NCBI GenBank assembly: GCA_958423255.1
Contig: CATZQR010000003.1
Coordinates: 65,440 to 129,439, forward strand
Length of the DNA stretch: 64,000 bases
From: an uncultured Bacteroidales bacterium
GTDB lineage: Bacteria > Bacteroidota > Bacteroidia > Bacteroidales > Muribaculaceae
Reading direction: 5' to 3'
Part shown: piece by piece, positions 8,954-18,271 of the stretch
Layout of the letters: each line of letters opens with the position of its first letter
Numbering within the stretch: position 1 is the stretch's first letter
Program-made: the position numbers and the translations under genes
The notes under the pieces: generated by a model
The model's database searches: none
Told to the model about the DNA's origin: nothing
Seen by the model: the letters and a program-made list of their open reading frames with translations, nothing else

Positions 8954-10282
8954 ATGATTAAAATTCCAAGAACAGAACCATTGTTCGCAGCAATTCTTTT
9001 TATGGCTGCAGCCTGCTCAGACACACAAGAGGATATTGTTACACTGAGGTCAACAGCCATCCCTAACCATACGCAGAGTATTATCAGAACACCGAATGAG
9101 GCTTTGGGTATTGCAAACAAAGCCGTAGGGATGTTCACATCTCCTACCGAATCCCGAGCAGCCAATTTTTCAAAAAAAATTGATTATAACAAGGGGGTTA
9201 TTGTATGCGGCAGCGGAAAGCAGTCTCGTTCAGAAAAAGACACTTTGATGTACGCTGTGAACTACTGCGACAACCAAGGTTTTGTTCTTGTTTCGGCTGT
9301 TCGCTCTACTCCAGAAGTAATTGCATACGTACCAAATGGAACTTATGTGGATAGTATTGAAATTGAGAACCCTGGCTTCAAATTCTTCATAAATAAAGCC
9401 AATGAATACTTGGCAAATGAAAAAAATACATTGAGCATAGGAGAAGGAAATACTACTATAAAGCCATATCTTCCCATTTGGGCACCAATTTATAAAGAGT
9501 TCTCTGACACGACCATCACTGTTGATATTCCCAACCGCGTGCAAGTGTTTTGGGGGCAATCCGGAGCCGAAGGAGCAGAGTGCCCAAATCAAACATCCGG
9601 TTGCTCCATTACCGCTGCAGCAATGGCTATGACCTATTTTAAATATCCGGGGTCTATCACCTTGACTTACAAAGAAAATACCCCGGAGCTTATTCTAGAT
9701 TGGCAAAAAATGTGTAAACACAAAGATATGGATTCATATCACAGTGGTTATTACTATGATGATACATGCGATGCCGCAACACACGTTTCCATATCACAAT
9801 TATGCAGAGAATTAGGCAAAAGAGCTAATACCTTATACATTTATGATAATAACGGACGTGGTATTTCTCCTACATCGACTTCGAATTTAGTACAGGCACT
9901 TCGAAAGATTGGATATCGCGCATTTTCCGAAGAATATTCCTCGCAAAACGTAATTAATGCCTTACAAAATCAGAATTGCGTGCTATTAATGTGCGGGGTT
10001 GATGAAGCAAGAAATGTTGGCCATATGTGGGTCTGCGATGGTGTGAAAAGCAAAAAAATTCATCGCGTCAGCTACGAATCAAAAGATGGTGGAATGACAT
10101 GGCATCAATATTTTGAGAAGACCGAATATCTCACATACAACTACTATAAATGGGGTTGGAATTATTCTAATTGTGGATACTTTATAAGCGATTGTTTTGA
10201 CCCATCCAGTGCCATAGAATCACCAACCACTTCCAGAGCAAATTATAGTTCAAATGTATATTTTATAAAAATGATAAAATGA
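8954..10282 (+). CDS. C10 family cysteine peptidase (streptopain/SpeB-like) lipoprotein
   Basis: 442 aa with a lipoprotein signal (FMAAAC/SD). The catalytic-Cys context is WGQSGAEGAECPNQTSGCSITAAAMAMTYFKYP and the His context is GHMWVCDGV. The gene sits in a ~40% GC island. Confidence 0.7.
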   Translation: MIKIPRTEPLFAAILFMAAACSDTQEDIVTLRSTAIPNHTQSIIRTPNEALGIANKAVGMFTSPTESRAANFSKKIDYNKGVIVCGSGKQSRSEKDTLMYAVNYCDNQGFVLVSAVRSTPEVIAYVPNGTYVDSIEIENPGFKFFINKANEYLANEKNTLSIGEGNTTIKPYLPIWAPIYKEFSDTTITVDIPNRVQVFWGQSGAEGAECPNQTSGCSITAAAMAMTYFKYPGSITLTYKENTPELILDWQKMCKHKDMDSYHSGYYYDDTCDAATHVSISQLCRELGKRANTLYIYDNNGRGISPTSTSNLVQALRKIGYRAFSEEYSSQNVINALQNQNCVLLMCGVDEARNVGHMWVCDGVKSKKIHRVSYESKDGGMTWHQYFEKTEYLTYNYYKWGWNYSNCGYFISDCFDPSSAIESPTTSRANYSSNVYFIKMIK

Positions 10283-10902
10283 TGAAAAACATATTCAAAA
10301 TATTTCTCGGGATTGCGCTCGCGCTAAATTCTACGAGTTGCGAAGATGAAAAGAAGGATACGTGGTTGAACTCCATGGTGCCCTATAACATGATTATCGG
10401 GATTTTCGATGAAGATGGCAACAATTTATTGTCGGAAAGCGCGGAAGGGAACTGGCTATATGCCCCCATCTCCATCTCAATCAACGATTATCCCAAAAAT
10501 TTGGATTGGGAGTGCTTCCGGCCTCAGCAGGCGTGGCCATGGGTAAATATCGACCCCACTACAGGAGCTGAAACATCGGGCTTGGGCGAATGGGCGGGAA
10601 TCATACGCACTGACTGGAATACCCCCATTGCCCCAACGGAGGAAATGGTCGACAGCTACGCTATCTTGATTTCCGAACCATTGTTTCCAGATAAAAAAAA
10701 TGAGGTGTATTTGAATTTTCCTGAGTTAAATCAAGTGGTTCAAATAGAATTTGGCTCCTATCTGGCCGACAGGGAATCGCCCGACGGCAAAAAATACTCT
10801 TGCTACGTTAACGGCATAGGCAATCCCGTCGACGATTCAAATTATATAATTCCTGTTCGGATTGTGCTCCCTCATAGAGCCACACTGCCTCAAGGCGAAT
10901 AA
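10279..10902 (+). CDS. small lipoprotein, candidate cognate inhibitor of the C10 peptidase
   Basis: 207 aa with a lipoprotein signal (LNSTSC/ED). Its start overlaps the protease stop (ATGA), which indicates translational coupling. It shares the island's low GC. The inhibitor role is inferred only from context. Confidence 0.5.
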   Translation: MMKNIFKIFLGIALALNSTSCEDEKKDTWLNSMVPYNMIIGIFDEDGNNLLSESAEGNWLYAPISISINDYPKNLDWECFRPQQAWPWVNIDPTTGAETSGLGEWAGIIRTDWNTPIAPTEEMVDSYAILISEPLFPDKKNEVYLNFPELNQVVQIEFGSYLADRESPDGKKYSCYVNGIGNPVDDSNYIIPVRIVLPHRATLPQGE

Positions 10903-11001
10903 CTGGATTTTTTAATATCCCCGCTTCTGCTACTGCTGCGGAATCTCCTTCATCCAGCACCTATGCTCGGGATATACAGACCGGCATTGCCGGTTGGATA
11001 T

Positions 11002-11988
11002 TCAATGGTGTTGGCGCTGGGAGATGGTTACGCCGGAGGGGGTGGCTTCCACTATGGTCGGACAACCGAAGAGAAGGGGGGCGTTGGCCTCGATGTGGCC
11101 CACGGGGAGGCCGTAGACTATGGGGATGTCGGGCATGTCGATGCTGCCGAAGAAGCGGTGCATCATGGTGTACATGTCGGGATGGTCGGCGCTCGGGCGG
11201 TATTCGGTGAATTGGCCTACGAGCACGGCGCTCACGCGACGGAATACACCGCGAAGATGCTGCTGCCAGAGTATCCTCTCCACCTTATATATCGGCTCGG
11301 CGATGTCTTCGATAAAGAGCATCGGCCGCGCCACAGCGCCACTCTCCACGGCCTCGGCGGTGTAGACACTCTCAAACGGGTCGTAGGGGGTGCCGATCAG
11401 TCCGCCGAGCACTGCCAGATTTCCTCCGGTCACCACCCCTTCGGCGCATCCATATCGGTTAAATGGATGAGCGTCGGCCATTATCTTCAGGTTTCCTCCG
11501 CGCAATACTTCCATTTCGGTCTCGTAGTAAGGAAACCCGCTGCCTCGCCCTATGTATTTGGCCATCGCTCCGTGGAGCGAGGCGTACCCTTTGCGCGTCC
11601 AGAGGCAGTGGAGTGCCGTAATGTCGCTGAAGCCCACAAGCCATTTGTTGAAGCATTCCTCCGGAAGCCGGTCGAGCTTTTCAAGTAGATGGACAGCCCC
11701 GTAGCCGCCACGCGAGCAGATTATGGCATTGACAGTCGGGTCGGCAAGCCCCTCCTCAAGATCGGAGAGGCGTTCGGAGGCCAACCCGCTGAAGGAACCA
11801 TTGGCACCCTTGGCGTGAGGCATAACGACACACTCAAAGCCCTCGCTTTCAAGAGCCGCAGCGGCGCTGTCGATGAGCGTGGGGTCGATTTTCGATGCGG
11901 GCGACACGATGGCCACGCGGTTCCCGCACCTTAAAGCCGGAGGGCGCGCCAAGGCGCGCCCTCCCGATGTTATTTCGTTGGTTTTCAT
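11002..11988 (-). CDS. ldcA: LD-carboxypeptidase (peptidase S66)
   Basis: 328 aa with the S66 architecture. It has the GFSDITAL nucleophile motif and a C-terminal His. Confidence 0.8.
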   Translation of the reverse strand: MKTNEITSGGRALARPPALRCGNRVAIVSPASKIDPTLIDSAAAALESEGFECVVMPHAKGANGSFSGLASERLSDLEEGLADPTVNAIICSRGGYGAVHLLEKLDRLPEECFNKWLVGFSDITALHCLWTRKGYASLHGAMAKYIGRGSGFPYYETEMEVLRGGNLKIMADAHPFNRYGCAEGVVTGGNLAVLGGLIGTPYDPFESVYTAEAVESGAVARPMLFIEDIAEPIYKVERILWQQHLRGVFRRVSAVLVGQFTEYRPSADHPDMYTMMHRFFGSIDMPDIPIVYGLPVGHIEANAPLLFGCPTIVEATPSGVTISQRQHH

Positions 11989-11994
11989 CTGTTT

Positions 11995-12774
11995 TCAGTT
12001 TACCTGCACGGGGATTCCGGTAGCCTCCGCGATGCGCCGGCCGATGGCCTGGATCTCGTCGAGGGGCACTTTCCGCAGCGTATTCGCCGGTGTGGGCCTA
12101 TCGAGCGAATAGAGCATTATCTCGCGCGGGCGGATACGCCGGTAAGCCTCAATCAGCGCCTCCACCTCGGCATCGGTGGTGTTGTCGAACTCTGAGCCCT
12201 CCCACTCGCCGCGCAGCATCATGGTCTGTATGATTCCGGTTTCGGCGAAACGCGTAAGCCCCTCCACCACGCGGTCTATGGTGAAACCCGGCGCATTGGG
12301 GCGGTCGATTAGGCGCATCGTTGCCTCGACGGCCGAGTCGAGCTTCAGGATATTGTTGTCTACGCGCTCCAGAGCGGCGGCCACCCCGGGGGTGAAGATT
12401 CGCGTGGAGTTGGTCAACACGCTCACCTTCGCCTCCGGATAGTCGCGGTCGCGCAGGGCGAGCGTGTCGTCGATTATCCCCGCGAAATCGGGGTGGAGCG
12501 TCGGCTCACCGTTGCCCGAGAAGGTTATCACGTCGAGCCGCTGGCCGGCTTCCTTCATCTGCCGAAGGCGCGCGTCGAGCTGCCGTGCCACTTCGGCGCG
12601 CGCGGGCAACCCCGCCTTACCGGGCCCCTGGGCGTTGAACCCGGCCTCGCAGTAAAGGCAGTCGAACGTGCACGTCTTGCCATCAACCGGGCTGAGGTTC
12701 ACCCCCAGCGAGGTACCCAGCCGGCGCGAGTGGATCGGTCCGAACACCGTCTCATGAAACATTACGGTCTGCAT
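11995..12774 (-). CDS. radical SAM protein (COG0731-like)
   Basis: It has the CTFDCLYCE motif (CxxxCxxC) and the GNGEPTLHPDF motif. Confidence 0.75.
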   Translation of the reverse strand: MQTVMFHETVFGPIHSRRLGTSLGVNLSPVDGKTCTFDCLYCEAGFNAQGPGKAGLPARAEVARQLDARLRQMKEAGQRLDVITFSGNGEPTLHPDFAGIIDDTLALRDRDYPEAKVSVLTNSTRIFTPGVAAALERVDNNILKLDSAVEATMRLIDRPNAPGFTIDRVVEGLTRFAETGIIQTMMLRGEWEGSEFDNTTDAEVEALIEAYRRIRPREIMLYSLDRPTPANTLRKVPLDEIQAIGRRIAEATGIPVQVN

Positions 12775-12810
12775 GGCGTAGCTTTTAACCTTATGCCGGG
12801 CATATGGGAA

Positions 12811-13371
12811 TCAGACGGTAAGGATTTCCTTCTCCTTGGCGGCGAAAATCTCGTCGATTTTCTTGAGATACTTGTCGTGGATTTTCTGGGCCGTGGTCTC
12901 GGCGTCTTTCTCCACATCTTCGGGCATACCCTGTTTCACAGCCTTCTTCAGGCCGTCGATGGCGTCGCGGCGGGCGTTGCGCACGCTCACCTTGGCCTGC
13001 TCGGCCTCGCCCTTACACTGCTTTACGAGCTGCTTGCGGCGCTCCTCGGTGAGCGGTGGAATGCCGAGGCGGATCACCTCGCCGTTGTTTTCGGGCGTGA
13101 TGCCAAGCTCGGAATTGATGATAGCCTTTTCAATCTCCTTGAACATGGCTTTCTCCCAGGGAGTTATAGCGATGGTGCGCGCGTCGGGAGTCGACACGTT
13201 GGCCACATTCGAGATTGGCACCTGCGAGCCATAGTATTCCACGCGGATTCCTTCCAGAATCTTCGGGTTGGCCTTGCCGGCACGGATACGTTGCAGAGTT
13301 TCGTCGAGATACATCACTGCCATCTCCATCTTCTCCTCTGCGGGGTCGAGATAAGTCTTGGGGTCGGTCAT
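12811..13371 (-). CDS. frr: ribosome recycling factor
   Basis: 186 aa, recognisable full-length as RRF. It sits downstream of pyrH in the classic arrangement. Confidence 0.95.
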   Translation of the reverse strand: MTDPKTYLDPAEEKMEMAVMYLDETLQRIRAGKANPKILEGIRVEYYGSQVPISNVANVSTPDARTIAITPWEKAMFKEIEKAIINSELGITPENNGEVIRLGIPPLTEERRKQLVKQCKGEAEQAKVSVRNARRDAIDGLKKAVKQGMPEDVEKDAETTAQKIHDKYLKKIDEIFAAKEKEILTV

Positions 13372-13441
13372 ATCGTTATATTTTTTATTTGTTTCTAAGT
13401 ATGATTACTACGAAAGGCCATCTTTGCTTCCATCCTCGAAA

Positions 13442-14152
13442 TCAATACACCAGCGTGCCGATGTTCTCTCCGGCCAGCACTTTGGCCAGGTTGCCGGGTG
13501 TGTCCATGTCGAAAACTACGATGGGGAGACCGTTCTCCTTACATAGCGCCGTGGCGGTGAGGTCCATCACCTTCAGGCCGCGGGTATACACCTCGTCGTA
13601 GCTGATTTCCTGGAATTTGGTGGCCGTGGGGTCTTTCTCCGGGTCGGCGGTGTAGATGCCGTCTACGCGGGTTCCCTTGAGCATCACGTCGGCCTCGACC
13701 TCAACTCCGCGCAGAGCGGCTCCGGTGTCGGTGGTGAAGAATGGGTTGCCCGTGCCGCCCGAAAGGATAGCTATTTTACCCTCGCGCATGGCGTCGATGG
13801 CCTTCCATTTGCTGTAGTACTCGCCGATAGGATACATATTGAGCGCCGTAAACACCTGGGCCGGCTGTCCGATCGACGTAAGAGCCGAGCTGAGCGCCAG
13901 CGAGTTGATTACCGTGGCGAGCATACCCATCTGGTCGCCCTTCACGCGGTCGAATCCTTTGGCCGCCCCCTGCATTCCGCGGAATATGTTGCCGCCGCCT
14001 ATCACGATGGCGATTTCCACGCCGCTGCCGGCGGCAGTCTTGATCTGCTCGGCATACTGCCCCAGACGCACCGGGTCGATGCCGTAGTGTTGTTCACCCA
14101 TCAGCGATTCTCCGCTGAGCTTCAAAAGTATACGTTTATAGTTCCTGCGCAT
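13442..14152 (-). CDS. pyrH: UMP kinase
   Basis: 236 aa. It has the amino-acid-kinase fold motifs (KLSGESL, GGGNIFRG). Confidence 0.95.
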   Translation of the reverse strand: MRRNYKRILLKLSGESLMGEQHYGIDPVRLGQYAEQIKTAAGSGVEIAIVIGGGNIFRGMQGAAKGFDRVKGDQMGMLATVINSLALSSALTSIGQPAQVFTALNMYPIGEYYSKWKAIDAMREGKIAILSGGTGNPFFTTDTGAALRGVEVEADVMLKGTRVDGIYTADPEKDPTATKFQEISYDEVYTRGLKVMDLTATALCKENGLPIVVFDMDTPGNLAKVLAGENIGTLVY

Positions 14153-14288
14153 GGCTTTCGGTTGCTTGGAAGTGATTCAAGAAAGTGGTTCAATAACTTC
14201 TCATTCAATTTTACAAAGATACATAAAAAAACCGTGAGATTTTTAGCTAACTTTGCAGAAAGTTTCCAAACGCTACAGTTTCCACCCG

Positions 14289-16175
14289 ATGGAGCAGATC
14301 AAACACGAGTGCGGCATCGCACTCATCCGGCTTCTCAAGCCTCTGAACTATTATAAAGAGAAATACGGCTCCGCCAGCTACGGCCTCAACAAGCTCTATC
14401 TCCTCATGGAGAAGCAGCACAACCGCGGCCAGGAAGCCGCCGGAGTGGGAGTGGTCAAGCTCAGGGCTCTTCCCGGCAGCGAATACCTCTATCGCGAGCG
14501 TGCGCTCGGGCCGAGTGCCATCGGCGACATTTTCAGCAAAATGCGCCACGCCATCGCCGATTTCGACCCCACGGCCCACACCGCGCGCGAGGTCGAGGAG
14601 GAAGCACCCTTCCTCGGCGAAATCTACATGGGCCATCTGCGCTACAGCACTACGGGCCGCTCGGGCATGAGCTACGTCCACCCCTTCCTCCGCCGCAACA
14701 ACTGGCGCTCGCGCAATCTGATGCTCTGCGGCAACTTCAACATGACCAATGTCGACAACCTATTCGAGGCCATAGTGTCGCGCGGACAGCATCCGCGCAT
14801 CTACAGCGACACCATCATGCTCCTCGAGCAACTCGGCTACGCGCTCGACAGCGAGCACTCACGGCTCTATCATGAGCTGCGCTCCACGCTGGAGGAGCCC
14901 GAGCTGACCCGCGCCATCGAGTCGCAGCTCGACATCGAGCGCGTGCTGCACTCCGAGGCCCCTGGTTGGGACGGCGGTTTCGTGATGTGCGGCTGCACCG
15001 GATCCGGCGACATGTTCGCCCTGCGCGACCGCCACGGCATCCGTCCGGCCTTCTATTTCGCCGACGACGAGGTGATTGCCGTCGCCTCCGAGCGTCCGGT
15101 GCTCTCTACTGCCTTCAACATCCCCACCGACCATATCCGCGAGCTCGCCCCCGGGTCCGCCCTGATATCCGACAGCCGCGGGCGCTACCGCGTATGCTCC
15201 ATCCTGGAGCCGGGTCGCAATGCCCGCTGCTCGTTCGAGCGCGTATATTTCTCGCGCGGCAGCGACGCCGACATCTACCGCGAGCGCAAGCGCCTGGGGC
15301 GTAACCTCGTGCCGCAGCTGCTCCAGGCAATCGGAGGCGACACCGACTCCGCCGTTTTCTCATTCATCCCCAACACCGCCGAGGTAGCCTTCATGGGCCT
15401 CCAGCAGGCTCTGGAGGAGCATCTGGAGGACGAGAAGATGTGCGCCATCAACCGCGCGCAGAAGGCCGGCGATCTGAACCCCGTATCGCTTGCGCGCATC
15501 ATGAAGCGCCATATCCGCGTGGAGAAAGTCGTCATCAAAGATATAAAGCTGCGCACATTCATAGCCGAAGGCTCCGAGCGCGACGACCTGGCCGCCCACG
15601 TCTACGACATCACCTACGGAACCATCCGCCCGGGCGTCGACACCATAGCCGTAATCGACGACTCGATAGTGCGCGGCACCACCCTCCGCCAGTCGATTCT
15701 CGCCATGCTCGGGCGCCTCGATCCGCGCCACATTGTGGTGCTCAGTTCATCGCCCCAGGTACGCTACCCCGACTGCTACGGCATCGACATGAGCCGCATG
15801 GCCGAGTTCATCGCCTTCCGCGCCGCCGTGGCCCTTCTGCGCGAATCGGGCCGCGAAAGTATTCTCGACGACACCTACGCTCGCTGCAAAGCCATGGCGA
15901 AGGCCCCCGACGCCGAACTGGAAAACTGTGTGAAGGCCGTCTACGCCCCCTTCACCGACCGCCAGATTTCGGAGAAAATCGCCGAAATGCTACGGCCGGA
16001 AGGTTTCAAGCCGAAAGTCACCATCATCTATCAGACTCTCGAAGGGCTCCACGAGGCCATCCCAGGCCATCCCGGCGACTGGTATTTTTCCGGCGACTAC
16101 CCCACCCCCGGCGCCATCCGTCTGGTCAACCAGGCAGTCGTCAACTACTACGAAGGCCACGCCGACCGTCGCTAA
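14289..16175 (+). CDS. purF: amidophosphoribosyltransferase, long Bacteroidota form (class II GATase + PRTase)
   Basis: A propeptide MEQIKHE precedes the nucleophile Cys (CGIALI). The PRTase motif is VIDDSIVRGTT. I chose the ATG at 14289 rather than the track start at 14253. Confidence 0.8.
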   Translation: MEQIKHECGIALIRLLKPLNYYKEKYGSASYGLNKLYLLMEKQHNRGQEAAGVGVVKLRALPGSEYLYRERALGPSAIGDIFSKMRHAIADFDPTAHTAREVEEEAPFLGEIYMGHLRYSTTGRSGMSYVHPFLRRNNWRSRNLMLCGNFNMTNVDNLFEAIVSRGQHPRIYSDTIMLLEQLGYALDSEHSRLYHELRSTLEEPELTRAIESQLDIERVLHSEAPGWDGGFVMCGCTGSGDMFALRDRHGIRPAFYFADDEVIAVASERPVLSTAFNIPTDHIRELAPGSALISDSRGRYRVCSILEPGRNARCSFERVYFSRGSDADIYRERKRLGRNLVPQLLQAIGGDTDSAVFSFIPNTAEVAFMGLQQALEEHLEDEKMCAINRAQKAGDLNPVSLARIMKRHIRVEKVVIKDIKLRTFIAEGSERDDLAAHVYDITYGTIRPGVDTIAVIDDSIVRGTTLRQSILAMLGRLDPRHIVVLSSSPQVRYPDCYGIDMSRMAEFIAFRAAVALLRESGRESILDDTYARCKAMAKAPDAELENCVKAVYAPFTDRQISEKIAEMLRPEGFKPKVTIIYQTLEGLHEAIPGHPGDWYFSGDYPTPGAIRLVNQAVVNYYEGHADRR

Positions 16176-16400
16176 TTCCTGCTTTTCAATACCAGGAATG
16201 ACTGTTTCTTACACTTTTCTGCCCCGAAATATTAGAGGATGAGAGTCTACTGTCGGATGCATAAAAGTCTGATTATAGCCTTATGTTTCCGTGCCGCTCC
16301 ATACCTAAAATATATTAGCGGAGAGGAAGCGGCGATGGACATGTGTACCCAATTGTGAGTATTTTTATGCGTGGAGAGGCGGTATGTTGGTAATTAATAT

Positions 16401-16408
16401 TAATTTTG
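16401..16408 (+). promoter_or_regulatory. TAATTTTG -7 box (TAATTTTGCG) upstream of the T9SS cargo gene
   Basis: Matches TAnnTTTG and lies about 100 bp before the 16506 start. Confidence 0.3.
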
Positions 16409-16505
16409 CGGCATCAATTCAAAACCAATATCGACAATTAAACAACCGGCAGCGTTTATCCGGATTTACGAAAGGGATCATCCTGCTGTCATTCAAAAAA
16501 ACATC

Positions 16506-18146
16506 ATGTTCATGAAGAAAACTTTACTTCTAAGTGCTCTCCTCTTCTCTGCGGCCGCAGCAAATGCCGCCGACGTAACGGCCACATATCAGGCAAGCGC
16601 ATGGCTGAAATCCGAAAACATGTGTAACTTCGACGCCGTCGCCCCGGCAAACGCCACCGACTTCTACGTCGGCTGCACCTTCGACAACGGAACGGCCAAC
16701 AAAAATGCCGAGGCGCTCTACTGGTCCGACACAGAAATCGTGGCCAAGGACAGCTACACCGGCTCGATAGTGAAGAATGTGCTCCTGGCGCGCGCCGACG
16801 CCCAGTGCGCCCCGGTATGGACCATCGCCACCGACTTCGCCCAGTGTGAGAACAACAGCGTATTTCTGACGCGTCTGCAGAGCGGCTCGGCCGTTTATGC
16901 CTTTAACCTGCGCGCATCCAATGCCGCCTCGGGCAAAGCATTCTCCTTCACCGACAAGGCCGGTAATAAATTTGAATTCGGTGTAACCCCTCAGGCTACG
17001 GCTAAGAATACCAACTGCGGCCTGATTCTCTGCCTCTCGCCCGAAGGCGTCTATCAGTGGCACGTTGTCATCGAGGCCGACAACTTCACCGCCGAGGACC
17101 CCTCGGTTGCAGCTCCCGAAACGTTCAAAGCGACATCGCTTGTCGCCGACAGTCACGACAACGTATTCCTTGCCGGCAACTACGGTGGCGGATACCTTGA
17201 TTTTGGCAACGGCGTGAAAGCTCCTGCTGCCGCCAACACCACCATCACCAACGGCAAAGCCACCGGCGCCACTTCGTTTGTAGTGAAAATCAACCACGAG
17301 GGTAAAGCCACTTCCGTTCTCACCGCTCTCGCCGGAGCAGGCGCCGGAGCAAAGGAAACTCAGCAGGTGCTCGCCACCGATGGCACACAGCTCGCTTTGG
17401 CCGAATATGTTGTCGACGCAGCCGGCGGCAAATCAATCCTTTACTTCGGGCTTGACGGCACCGACGCACTTGTGGCCGACGCGACGAAATATTCCATCGC
17501 TACAACCGGGGCCGTCCAGCTTTCATCCGCTGCATTCCATTCCGGCGAACTGCTGATCAACGGCAACTCCAACCAGGCTCTTACCCAGGACGATGAGAAA
17601 ATCTTCACCCCGGCCTCAGCAGGCAAATACGAGGGTCTCACTCTCCGCGCAAGCTTTACCCCGAGCTCTCCCTCCACCTGCTATGCCACCGGCGTCTTCA
17701 TAGGCAAGACCAACTACAGCTGGGTCCGCGACGGCAAACTCCTCACCTACGGCTACTGCCTGACCGGCAGCAAAGTGAACCTCAACGTATTCGACTATGC
17801 CACCGCCAAGAAGCTGCAGACCATCGATCTCGCCGTGGCAGGCGCCACCAATGCCGCCTTCTTCAACGAAAACAACAATACCCTATACGGCACAACCTAT
17901 GCCAAAGGTGCAACATCCTTCCCCGGCACCGAGGTGAAATACAATCCCACCGTCTTCAACGGCATTCTCGGTGCATGGAAGGTTGCCGGTCTTAGCAGCG
18001 CAATCAACTCCGTGGCCGACGACACCGTCGACGCCGACGCCCCCGTTGAATATTTCAACCTGCAGGGAATACGTGTAGCCAACCCCTCGAAGGGTTCCCT
18101 CGTGATCCGCCGTCAGGGCACTAAGGTAACCAAGGTGATTTTCTGA
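16506..18146 (+). CDS. secreted hypothetical protein with T9SS C-terminal sorting domain
   Basis: It has a signal peptide (SAAAANA/AD). The C-terminus FNLQGIRVANPSKGSLVIRRQGTKVTKVIF fits a Por-secretion-tail (T9SS CTD). Confidence 0.65.
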   Translation: MFMKKTLLLSALLFSAAAANAADVTATYQASAWLKSENMCNFDAVAPANATDFYVGCTFDNGTANKNAEALYWSDTEIVAKDSYTGSIVKNVLLARADAQCAPVWTIATDFAQCENNSVFLTRLQSGSAVYAFNLRASNAASGKAFSFTDKAGNKFEFGVTPQATAKNTNCGLILCLSPEGVYQWHVVIEADNFTAEDPSVAAPETFKATSLVADSHDNVFLAGNYGGGYLDFGNGVKAPAAANTTITNGKATGATSFVVKINHEGKATSVLTALAGAGAGAKETQQVLATDGTQLALAEYVVDAAGGKSILYFGLDGTDALVADATKYSIATTGAVQLSSAAFHSGELLINGNSNQALTQDDEKIFTPASAGKYEGLTLRASFTPSSPSTCYATGVFIGKTNYSWVRDGKLLTYGYCLTGSKVNLNVFDYATAKKLQTIDLAVAGATNAAFFNENNNTLYGTTYAKGATSFPGTEVKYNPTVFNGILGAWKVAGLSSAINSVADDTVDADAPVEYFNLQGIRVANPSKGSLVIRRQGTKVTKVIF

Positions 18147-18212
18147 TCGCCGCGGTCAGCATAAGGATAAACCACTTTTGATTTTTGAGTAACTTTTAGT
18201 TTTTACGTAAGC

Positions 18213-18245
18213 AAAGACGAAACAGGCCCCCGCGTGAGCAGGGGC
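18213..18245. terminator. bidirectional hairpin between convergent genes
   Basis: aaCAGGCCCCcgcgtgagcaGGGGCCTGtt forms a 9-bp GC stem. It sits between the + gene ending at 18146 and the - gene ending at 18272. Confidence 0.4.
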
Positions 18246-18271
18246 CTGTTCATATGCTGTAGTGGTATGCG

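Noticed and set aside
8770-8961. 63-aa ORF in the AT-rich spacer before the C10 peptidase
   Set aside because: AT-rich intergenic sequence yields such frames by chance. The translation has no hydrophobic or structured character, and it overlaps the protease start region.
8655-10912. Possible direct repeat ACTGGATTT at both island edges (8659 and 10904) as an insertion footprint
   Set aside because: A 9-bp match in AT-rich DNA is too short to distinguish from chance. No att-like longer repeats or adjacent tRNA/integrase are present.
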